From Gnetum montanum (lineage: Eukaryota > Plantae > Gnetophyta), in NCBI GenBank assembly GCA_015680685.1, contig MNCI01001543.1, positions 304,051 through 368,050 on the forward strand: DNA of 64,000 nucleotides, in the 5' to 3' direction. The notes beneath the pieces were generated by a model. It was not told where the DNA came from and searched no databases. It was given only the letters and a program-made list of their open reading frames with translations. The translations under genes and the position numbers were made by a program. This document shows positions 48,086 through 59,521 of the stretch, piece by piece (the first letter of the stretch is position 1; each line of letters begins with the position of its first letter).

Positions 48086-50159
48086 TTTCATTGAGGCATA
48101 TGGGGGCACTGGCGGTTCTGGTGGCGTATTGACTTGGTGTTGAGGGCGGCATCCTAGTGACCATGATGTCCTTTAATAGGCCCTGCATGGGGAATATGGC
48201 ACTAGGCTACAAAATCTACTCCCATGATGGGCACGTGCCTAGGATGATCAATAACCATAACATTATCATGTGGGTGTTGGGGTGTTCATGAACGAGCATT
48301 GGGGATTCACCACGTGGCATTACTACCACGTGGGACAAGAGCTGTAGGTGTAGACATAGAGCTTTCCGTACCTAAAGGTGAAGGTGGAGAGGGACATGAA
48401 TTATTTCCATGATTTGGAGATGTACCTAGATTTTTTGGATGACTTTTTTAGCTCTACATGCTCGTTTTGCTCCATAGCCAAGGAAGATATTCTGAGCTCC
48501 TCAATAACCAGAAGTCTAATGTTTTGCTAAAGTCTAGTCCCTCGAGCATGATGCATAGCCTTAGCATGTGTTCTTTGTTCCAATATCCATCCACTAGTGC
48601 CACTGTTATGGCCCCCTCTTTGTGCTTGCCTTGGGTACCCCCCATGGCCTCGAGTGACCTACATCAAGGTGCTTAGCTGGAGCTACCATAGGAGAGGTGA
48701 GAGGCCATCATGTAGGTGATCGCGAAGGGTGCCATGGGGATGTGAACTATATGATGGGGCATGGTTATACGCCTTCCTAGCCATGTTAGGCAGTGTTGTC
48801 CTAGTGTGGATGAGGGGGTACAAGGCTTTTAGGGTTTATTCATGCTAGAGCCACACTGGGTAGCATGGGTATGGCATGATCGAAGGAGGAAGAACATTGG
48901 TGCCGTAGCAGCTTCTCGATCTAGGCAACAAAGTAGAAGTGTGCATGGCTATGGATTGGGGTTAGTCTCATCCCCCCTTAGCCCATGTTGGCTGATATGG
49001 CCCCAACGTAAGTGAAAGTGGGGAGAGTAGGTTGTGAGGAGAAGCACATGAGATGGTGGGGATGGCAGATAATGGAGAGGAACGACACTGTAGGAGAAGG
49101 CAATAGAGTGCATTGCAATGATGAGGAGGAGGACAAGGTGACAGGAGGATGTGGACTGCAAACCATGTTGGCTAACATGGGCCAAAGAGGGTTTACTATT
49201 TTTTTCATTTTTTGGCAGCCACGCTGGCTAGCATGGCTCCAGCATAGTTGCCATTTTTGGTAGCTACATTGGGTGAGCACAGGGTAGTGCATAATGGTAG
49301 GTGAGTGAGGGGGCAAGATTACCTATGTCGTGGCAATGAAGAGGATATCTAGTGGCAACAAAGGGTTGCATAGGGGGCAAGAGGTAGGTTGTGGATAGTG
49401 GGTGGAAAAGTAGTGGCCTAGGAGGCCTGCTTGGCATAGTGGGCCATTATTTGGTTGCATAGCCTGGTGGGCCTCTGAATCTTGCATTCATGGGCATGCA
49501 GTTTTTGATTGGCCAATGCAGATCCCTGGCACACGTGGCCATTGGTAGGGACCTTGTTGCCCTGGCAGGGTGCTAGTAAGGTTTGGTAGGTTCTTAGCAC
49601 CAATGATAGTTGTAGGTAATAGGTGCATGGCAACACAAGTGTGGTGTGAAGCAGTAGGCGGCCAAGGCTTCGAGCTAAGATGGCTTGTAAGGAGGGATCT
49701 TGGTGCTACATGGCACTACCAAGGGCATGCGGCATAGAGGTGAGTGATGTGGTGTGCCCCTATGGGTAGGTAGGAGCCCTAAGATGTGGCATTGGATCAT
49801 GGCACCCACATTGGATCTACGTTGACCAGTGAGGGGGTTAAGGTCATACCCTTAGCCACGCTCGGCAGCGTTGCTCTAGCATTGGTGAGGGGGTATTGGG
49901 TGGTTTTTTTTGGCTTCATGGTGTTAAAAGTGGGATGGCTGAGACCACGCTGATCAGCATGGTTAAGGTGGATGTTGTAATTTAACGTTGGGTAGGCATC
50001 CCATGGCCATGTGGGGTTTAACCCATGCAAAGCCCCTGCCAGCGCATCTTGTTCTAAAAACTATGGATTTTAACACCTCTTGCTTATTTTAAAGATGTTT
50101 TGGAGCTGTCGAAGGCGCCTGCCAATGTTTTGGGCTTAGCTAAACGTGGACATACCTCA

Positions 50160-50900
50160 AAAATCCAAATCTGGGAGTCTCTCTCTGCGTGAGAGAGAGA
50201 GAGAGATGTGCCATTCCCACGAAACGCCCGTGGTCAGCGTTCGTTATCCCGTGCCAGTGGTGGCAAATGCAGTAATCTTTCCAGCTCCACCAACAAACAA
50301 GAATGCCAATGCCCACAAGTAATAATAGTTGTAGAATAGAGGTAGTAGTACTAGTACTGATACTAGTGGTAATACCAATCTTAATAACGTTTTGTCCGTG
50401 TTGTTTAATGGAGGCACGGAAGGTAGAAACCCAGGATGGTTGGATCGTGTACTAAGACATAGGCACCTGAGTAAAGTTAGCGCGCATGAACTAGCCGTCT
50501 CTCATCCATGGTGAGCGAAGGATTGAGCTACCAGCCGATCACCGAAATCACCGGCACAGTCGTCGGCCTCAGCTTCAACTGCGTGCATCTTCACGTGGGC
50601 CATATTCATGGTCACCCGACTGGGGAACCAGAATGTGACCATTCTGCAATCCCAGCAACTCTGTAATCTCACGGACGCTGTGACCAGCATCTGCCAGAAC
50701 GAACTCGAATTGCTGGGCATCAGCCTGCTAGACTTCCTACGCCATGTCGTAGCAGGTGCTGGTGAAAGATGGCGCATGCTGCACCGTCCTGGGACTGTGC
50801 AACCCTTAATGGACCTCCATGGCCCTGCGCAAGGCAGTGGTGCCCCAGCCCGGCCTGTGCAGCCCAAAGCCGTGTGGTGGGATGTTCCTCCATATTTTTT
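50160..50900. other. CpG-rich non-TE island with a (GA)n tract and a GC3-rich, frameshifted coding-like segment (50508-50890, +)
   Basis: CpGs are retained, unlike the flanks. MVSEGLSYQPITEITGTVVGLSFNC shifts into CIFTWAIFMVTRLGNQNVTILQSQQLCNLTD... Product not recognised. Confidence 0.35.
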
Positions 50901-51758
50901 TTTATTTTATTAGGATTATTTTATTTATTATTATTATTTTAAATAATTTGGTAAGGCTTAACCATGTTTTCTTGCTGACCAATTAACCACAGAGAACCAA
51001 ATTTATATCTTGTAGTTAAAATAATGTAAAAACTGATAGAATAATAGTAAACGCCCAAAGAAAAATAAAATCTTGACATTTTAATATATGTGCTTGGGGT
51101 ACTTTGTAGTTATCATGTGACTTTGATTTTAGCTCTCGGTGGAGAACTTGCTTTCATTAAATCTGATTTCTCTGTTGGGTATAATGTATCTTCTTTGCGT
51201 AATTGTAGAGCTTTAAATCAAGACTTATGCTTTCCTACTCGTTTTTTTTCTTTTTCTTTTTTTAATGAATGTAGAATCTTGAGTTTTTTAATTGGCCTTT
51301 CTAGTTATTATGGTTACTAATTACATGCATTTTTTATGTCTATAGGCCTCAAGCTATGACGGTGCTCTATGGCTTAACTTTGGCTACTATAGGACTAGTT
51401 ACACTTTGCTATGCTTTTCTTTGTCATTATTATAGTTGCTTTTTCATTTAACTAGAAAGGCCATAAAGACCATGCATTGTTCATGTTATTGTATGTTGCA
51501 TAATGTAGCTATGGCCATAGACATATGGATATTTTGGTATTCTTTGATTGTTGTCACACAACATGAGTATGATTATGTATTAGTTTTAATTCTTATGTCT
51601 TATATGCATACAGGGTAGATGTAACAAGGCTATAAAAATATGTTGTAATGATTATTGTAAAGTAAAGTACATGAAAATGAGTAAAACTTGCAAACAATGC
51701 TATCAAGTAGATTAGCTATGATGTTGGTATAGGGACAAAAGAAGAGTTTGTTATGCTC

Positions 51759-54700
51759 ACTAGTTTTAGGCCCTAGTATGCCATAAGTTTGCCAATTTTA
51801 GGCCTTGGCGAGCCATGATGTTGCCAATTTTAGGTGTTAGCAAGTTGTAGTGCTAGTTTTAGCAAGTATGGAATAGTGTTGAAAGGGTGTATAAGGATAA
51901 CATAAACCATGAAACATGGTATAAGGTTGTGAAGGTGAAAAAGCTTTTGTTAGCAAAAGAAGGGATAACATATCTACAACGCATTTGTTGCTTGACCTTT
52001 GATAAACCAAAGGGTTTGCTTTGCATGATTGCACTCTCATCATGTTGCTTGTTTGTAGTGGAAATTAATAGGCATTTTTGTTGATTACTTAATCCCATAG
52101 GTTTGGTGATTTTAGCCTCATCATTGTTATTGTTATTGGTTTTACTCTTGGTATTGGCCCTAGCTTGAGTTTTGGAAGTCTCCTCTTGAAACTCCACCTC
52201 CAAACCTTGATCAATGTTGACATAGTTAATTTGAGGGTAGTGACACATTGTCCCCATGGATCACAATCTCCCCACCCTTGTATAACAAGTAAATCTCCTG
52301 ATGTGTAGGAGGTGAAACTGCCTGAAGCTTTGCTAACCATAGTCTTCCTCAGCCACTAAGAAGTTAGCAGATGTAGGAAATTGCTCATTGGCCACAAAAT
52401 CCAAAGTGATGGAACCTCACACTGCTACTCGTGAGCCATTAAAATGACTTAAATGCTAAGGTATTGGTCACTTGGGTATTCGCGGTTAAGCCTAACTTTC
52501 TAACAATGGAATATGATATCCCATTCATGACCATCTCATCATTTGCATGAACATGGTGAACCTTGTATATACCAACATGTATGGTGATAAGGAGAGAAGT
52601 GAATAGTACTTCTTTGTTTCAAGAGTCAATCTTCACTTTACTATCATGGAAGTTGAGCATGGGTTGATGCTAGTTTTCCCTAAGTGAAGCTTGCTCAATG
52701 ATAGAGTGAATCAACTCTCTATTGGCAGGCATGTCTCTACTCATAGAAATAGAGGTTAACAATTGAGCTAGTGCATCTCTATGAGTTGGAGAAGTCATGA
52801 CTACGTTATACAAGTCCGATGATGTATTCTTTTGTTTAAGGGAATATTTGGCTTTTTTCATTATTGCGAGAAAGATCTTTTCCTTAGCGTGTGATGTTTC
52901 AGCCTTAGTGGTTCTAACTTCCTTCATCCTTCCTAGAGTTTTTGGCCTAGGTTGGGTGCATGCACCTTGGGCCCCTTGTTTGTTAATGTAGTTGGCCTTA
53001 GCGTGGATCTAGGAGGGTTACTGTTACCTTCAATGTGCTTATTTGTTGTTTTGGCAATAGGTTGTTTTCATCGCTGTTGTGATGATGGTTTCTTGCTAAC
53101 CTCTGAGTTGTGGACCACTATAGGTGGGATTTGGTCATGGGTTATTGTAGTCTTACTTTTTCAATAGGGAAGGACTTGGATAACGAATGGTTTTCTAGGC
53201 TTTGGAGGATTAGTAACTTGTGGTTTTGGTTGTGAAGTTGATGCCACTAAAGGTGGGACACGTATGATAAAAGGCTCCTTAGAGGTTGGAGGAGGTGGTA
53301 CCCATATGACAAAGGGCTCTCTTGGCTTTTTATTTTGGGATTGTCATGGCACCTTACTAACAAATGATTCCTTAGGAGGATTAGGACATTTTGCTTCCAT
53401 GAATGAGGTGATAGTATAGGAGTTGTCTCTTGGAGAGTTGGGCTCATTCAATAGCAACTCTCTATGGTCTATCATCTTTTGGAGGTTATCCTTTAATGCT
53501 AGGAAAAAATTGGTGTCATGACCAACCATTTGATGATACTGGAAATACCTATCCAATTTGAAGTACTTTGGTAGCTTGGAATCATCTTTGGTAGCTATTG
53601 TTGGATCTCTAGCTATGTCACAAAGATGATCATGCCTCTTATGAGCTTGTTCAGATAGTCACTTATGTTGTATATAGCTATATTTAAGCAACTATTCTAG
53701 AAGCTTAAAGGGCTTCATAGGCAACCTAGTGTACTTAGACCTATCCTTTCATCTAAAGTTTGGTCTTGGTTGATTTGGGGCATAGGAAGTGGATGGTTGA
53801 ATTGAGTCAGAAGATGTGTTGTGTGATGGTGATTCCCATCTTTTTTCTTGTTTTGTCTCTTTTTCTACTGTAGTTACAGTTGTGTGTTCTTGTTTGGCTT
53901 TTTCCCTATCCCTTCTTGAATGCTGGTTTTTATAGGCCATGTAGACCAAATCATTGCTTGCCTCAGTTGCCTCCTCAATGTTCTTAGTTCATGAGAAGTC
54001 CTGGCTTAGTGACTGGGACATTAGGTAGTACAGATTTGACTTGATAAAGTTATTTACTGCTTTCTTATAAATGGCCAAGAGGTGGATTTTAGCAATAGGC
54101 TCTAGAATCTTGTTAAGTATTGAGTTCCATCTTTGAATGAACCTTTTGACTGGTTCAAGTACCCCTTGCCTCACCTTTATCAATTGATCCAATGTGGCAT
54201 CCAACTTTAAGTTGTATTTGAAGTAATTAAAAAATTTGTTAATCAAGTCATCAAGAGAAGAGATGGAACCTCTAGGTAAGGTTCAATACCAATCTAGAGC
54301 CTTTCCATTGAGAGACCTAGGGATTATTCTCAGTATTGTGTGCAACCAAGCTTGCAAAAAGAGGCACTTAGACCAGAAGGTAACTAGATGTGCATTGGGA
54401 TCTCCTTCATCATTGTATTTGATGAAGTTTCAAATAGGCAAGCTTGTGGGTAAGGTTATTTGAGGCACCATAGGGCTTATAGGATCATCTTGGTAGAAAT
54501 CTAAAACCTTAACCATTTAAGTTGTATTAGCCTTGAGTTTATGCAACTCTTCGGTAAGGTCTTGGAACATTTGGAAGACTTGATCTAAGTCTTGGGGGCA
54601 TCACTGTGGGATGTGGTGCTTGTGTTAATGGTTGATGAGAAAGTTGTGAGACTTGGGGCTATGTGATGGGTTTTAATATAGATGGAAGAGGTTGGGTGAC

Positions 54701-55992
54701 CACCATTGTAGGTGGGCTCAACAAGAAAAAAGAAGGCTGAGTTAGGACTTGTGGTAAGAAGGGAGCAAAGGAGTATAAGAGGCTTGTGTTGCTTGGGGTT
54801 TTAATCAGGGCCCTACTAGTATGACAAAGGAAGATGATGAGGTAGACATCACCAATGCTATATGTACAAAGTGAGGTTGTGTGTCAAAGGATCTTGACAA
54901 GAACAAAGAGGTGGATTGGGAAATGGGTTGTGACTTGTGTGTGGCAATGATGGTTGTGTACTCAAATATGGTCGGATGGATAGAAGGAGAGTTGGGTTGA
55001 GGGACTTGTCCCATCAATGAGGTAAGAGACATGGAGCTAGGTACAGTTGTTTGGGGAGCCAAAGATTGGAAAAGACTTCCAAAAAAGTTGTCCAACTCTT
55101 GTTCAGCCTCAAACTCATCTTCCTCTTACTGATTCTTTGAGATAATTCCCTCAATAAACTCATTAGCCTCTATGAGTTGTATGAGCATTTGTGCATAGAA
55201 TTTTGTGAGGGGGATTTGGTTATAATGGAATGGAATATATTCCTTTTCATCCTAGCATATGATTTTCAATTAACACTTACCATTAGATTTAGAGCATGGT
55301 ATCAAGAGACTGACTTGTATTTTGGCATAGAGGAAGCTGTAGAGCTTCTCATTAATGACTATGAAATTTAGGTTTTGTCTCTTTTCCTAAGAAATTTCCT
55401 TCATTCTATGATAGTAGGGTATTCAGGTCATAAACACGAATTGTATCTTGGCTGGATACCATATTTTTCAAGTTAAGGGGTAGGATGGTTGATCAATTAA
55501 AAGACATTGTGTAGGGTGTTAAAAAAAAAGGCTTGGTGAAGGCTAAATTTGTAGAGTAAATAGAAATTCTAGCAAGTGAAATTCTTAAAATGGTAAAAGG
55601 GGTAAAAAAAAATTAAAAAATGTTTATTGGATATAAAGAGTAAGTTGTGAGTCAAGGGGGGTATACCCCTATACTTAAAATGGTAAAATGTTTGGTATCA
55701 AACCCCAACTATGTGGGATTGACTAGCCACACAAATGCTAGGAGGAAAAGGGAGAAAGAAAGGGGGTAAGACATAAAATCTTAAACTTTTCTTCACAACA
55801 TTGGAGGAGGGGGTTTACTTATGCAAATTATAGTTTTGGATGAAAAAACAAAGTGGAAACTTTGATTTTTTCAAAGGTAAGGTTTTTAGAAAATTGGCAA
55901 CATTGTTCCTACTAAAAAAAATTCACAACAAGAGGTTTGGATGATTTAGAGGTATGACACTCTAGGTAAGAGGGGTGGTTGGGGGTTATGAT
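51759..55992 (-). mobile_element. Element E: gag-PR remnant with post-PR motif array, interrupted by element F
   Basis: Gag core DEGDPNAHL (~54380-54420), YFQYHQMVGHDTNF knuckle, protease ~52330-52650, array gctagttttaggcc at 51759-51862. Confidence 0.85.
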
Positions 55993-57813
55993 TGTTGTGA
56001 CCAAAAACGTTGGTGGCTGGAACACCAAGAGGTCACCGAGTGAAACAGTTTAACCTAGATCCGTGCGAAGGCCGTGCTAGAGAAAATGGATTCAGGGTGC
56101 CCTGGATGGTCTTGTCGATCAAACAGGGACTTAATAGGTGTGACTTATCCTTTTGCAGAAGTTTACTTCAAAGATGATGCTTGTAGCATAATATGATGAT
56201 TATAAAAAGCAATGGGGTGAAAATGATGCAAAATATGATGATAATAAATAGAAATGTAATGCAAACTGGAGTGAGAGAATGCACCGCCTCAAGATCGCGA
56301 CTTTACTTTGTTGAGATGGACACAATCGATTATGCAACACTGGGAGGCACAGAAATCTCAGAGATGACCAGAATGTTCAAAATGTACCAACTATGCTCTT
56401 GAGTGCGAACTTAAAACCCAACTACACCAAAAGACGATCTGGAAAGCCAACTATGAAAAAAGCTAATAAAAAAGCCAACTGATCTTGTTAATGCAGAAAT
56501 GCAAACTCTTTGGATGAAAAATGCCAACTAGAAAAGCCAACCCTTTGAGCATTGTTTGTTGGGGTATTTATAGGGCTAGGAGCAAGAGAGAAATGGGGCC
56601 TAAATGCCACGTGTCCTAGACCCCCAAAGTTGCTGTCATGCCCATACCATGTAGGTGTGCAATGCTGGTTGTGATCTTGGCTATGCTGTGATTATGCCTT
56701 CAGGACTGTATGTTCTGATATCAATGTATTAACAATGTAAACAGAAGTGGAGCTTACACTCCAAGACTACATCTTCCCTACTCTTACGAGTAGGGTCAAG
56801 CATAGGAACAATGTTTTTTTTGGGAGCTAACCAGGGGGTGTGCAAAATGGAGTGAAACTGTTGATTCCGCCAAGGAGATGCTAAAATTAGAAAGATTGTT
56901 GTCAGTAAGTTCTAGAACTACCTGAAGACATCTTGATGCTTGTGTACCAGTGTTGTGTCACTCATGCTATGTAGTGTAAGTGGCTTCTTGCTATGCTGTG
57001 CTACGCTACGTAGCGTAGCATAGCATAGCCACTAGTTTTGACTGGAACTTGTGCTGAAGTTGAAAACACGTCTGAAGCTTAGTCATGCTAACAACTGCAA
57101 CTCTTGTCTTTTGCATCGGGAAGCCTTTGGACTTTCTGAACTCATTCTTAAAACATTTGTTATTTTTACATCATCGCTACGCTATGCTATGCTATGTAGC
57201 ATAGCACAATGTAGCGGCTAGCGTATCCTACTTCCTTGTTTAATCCGCCAATTTCTAACAACAAACTTTGCTCAAGGTCTGTGGATTAAGTGGGGCAAGA
57301 AGTTTTGGAGGCAGAAGTCTTGTCAAGGTGACGTTTTCTTATTAGAATCACTTGGCAAAATGGACCTTTTTGCTTTGCTTTTGCTATGCTGTGCTACACT
57401 ACATAGCGTAGCACCTTGCGTTGACTGAATCCCGCTTTGTCTTTGCAATCACTTTGTTGCTTTGCACTTGGAAACTTAAGAAACTATTTTTCAAAGCTTT
57501 CTATGCTGCATAGCATAGCATAATTCTTCACTAGAAAACTTGCCAAACTATTTTGCTCATCCCAAACACTCTCAGCAACTCCTTGCATAGTTTTTGAGTA
57601 GACTGTCAGGTGGGTGAATTGTCTAGGTGGGCAAGCCGGAGAGTCCATCAGTCTTGTCAGCTCTGGAGATAGAAAAGTTGATGGACTGAATAGTCTAACC
57701 TCAGTGCCTACATTTTCTTGCCAAACCATCATTAAAATACACTTGTGAAAGTTCTTGCCTAAATTCCAAGACCCTGGTGAAGCAAGAGGGCCTCGAAATT
57801 TTATGGTGTTTCA
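55993..57813 (-). repeat. 3' LTR of element F (~1.82 kb)
   Basis: Ends tgttgtgacc...ggtgtttca; PPT AAAGAGGGGCCAA adjacent on the minus strand. Confidence 0.88.
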
Positions 57814-59202
57814 TTGGCCCCTCTTTGTCAACATCTGGAGGATCCACCCGATAAACGTCGACAAAGAATATGAAACACCATGAAGGACAAAGTCATCAAC
57901 ATCACTCTATGGTGGTTGCTTAGAAGTCACCTTGCTATTCTTGGAAGTAACAGGATAGTTGTGTAGGGAAAAGGAGAAAGGATAGACTTGAGGGGACAAG
58001 TTTAGGAAAAGGTAAGATGGAACTTAGCGGGGTTCCTCATTGGAGTGCTTGTGAGGGAGTTGTTCCGCATGGACATCTTTCCTTTTACTGGCTTTCGACC
58101 TCTCATTGGAATTTTTGGAGAGGGTCATTGTGAAACAGCTAGTGTGCCATTTTCTTTGGGTACATACTCTTCTTTTTTTCTTTTTTATTTTTTTTTACGC
58201 TTTTCTTTTGCTGTTTAGCCATATTCATTTGCAAAAAACCTTGCTGTTGGAGGGTAGGTGTTTCCTCCCAGTGGATGAGTTGCGTTACATCCATGTGGGG
58301 TTTTGACCTATCTACAGATGCTTCCCATGCAGCAAGTTGCATTACGTGTGTCATGGACTTTGGTGTTGAGCATATGGGAGGGCTTTACACACATCAAAAA
58401 AGCTTGTAAAAGGCGTGTGAAAAGGGAAACTGTGGGTCTAAGAAATGAGATGATGAAGGTTAAAGGGGAGGGGTAGGATGTGCACTCCCAAGTAGCCAAG
58501 CTAGTCAGAGTGGTCACCTTAGAATGATGTGGTGCCCTGTTCTCTTAGCGAAACACATCTCTGACCGATGCCATCTTGGCTTGTACCCTACAAGCACAAA
58601 AGAAAGCAGACCAGAGAAATGTAGCCATGAAGCACAGTTAGGCAAAGGTCTTACTTGCTTTAGAAATCACTGAAGTGATAAGCACTGTTGCTAAGGCAAG
58701 AAATGCCTAAAGCAGGAAGGCCAACAACAGCTCCAGTAGTGGCAGGCTAAAGGGGTTAGCATCGAGGGGGCTAGGAGTTATAGTGATGCAGGTGCTTAGG
58801 AGTCCCTACCCAAGGCAAACATCATGTAGCTTAGCTATAAGTTAAAGGACTAATAGATAAATGTCTTTTGGGCTCAAGTGATGGTGGGGGCTAGAGCGTA
58901 GCAACTTTGTGGCTAGGCCACAATAGTGCTAGGACTCCAGCAGCAGGCACTTACCATAGGAGCTACGGCCAAGTTGACTGGATGTGGTAGTAGTAGCTCT
59001 GGAAGGTTAGCAAGATGTCAGAAGACATCTTCGAAGGATCAACAAGATGCCAGGGGTAGTGGAGTTGCATATATTCTAGAGAGTGTTTTCTTGGCATCAT
59101 GAACTGCATTCTGGAACTACAATGTCCCACCCCGTGTTGGCACTGTGCACGCTTGCTTGCTTGTAGGCTCATGGATGCACGTTGAGGATGTTGTGTCGTG
59201 AA

Positions 59203-59502
59203 CCCAGTTTAAGGTCTTGGTAGACCATTAGATGTACTGGTTTAAGGTCCCAGTAGACCGTTGTGCTAGTTTAAGGTCCCAACAGACTACTGTGCTAGTT
59301 TATCATTGTAGCCGATAGTGGATGGGCTAGTTTAAGGTCATAGCATACCTTCTGTGCTAGTTTAACGTCATGGAAAACATGCTTTGCTAGTTTTACATCA
59401 TGGCAGATAGTCTATGCTAGTTTTACATCATGGTAGACTATCTGTGCTAGTTTATAGTCATAGCATACTATCTGTGCTAGTTTATAGTCATAGCAGACTA
59501 TT
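59203..59502. repeat. Post-integrase tandem array (~27-32 bp units), element F
   Basis: About ten units gctagttta(a/t)(g/a)gtc-N6-gac(c/t). Confidence 0.9.
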
Positions 59503-59521
59503 TGCTTACCTTGTTCATGCA

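Noticed and set aside
14553-57813. Pairing the LTRs at 14553, 19499, 31047 and 55993 as ends of single elements
   Set aside because: PBS/PPT polarity puts them in the wrong order, lengths differ, and flanking 5-mers do not match as TSDs.
58655-58830. Hydrophobic minus-strand stretch suggesting an env-like transmembrane segment (also ~34320-34490)
   Set aside because: The coding strand is ambiguous and there is no long ORF; two decayed copies are not enough to call it.
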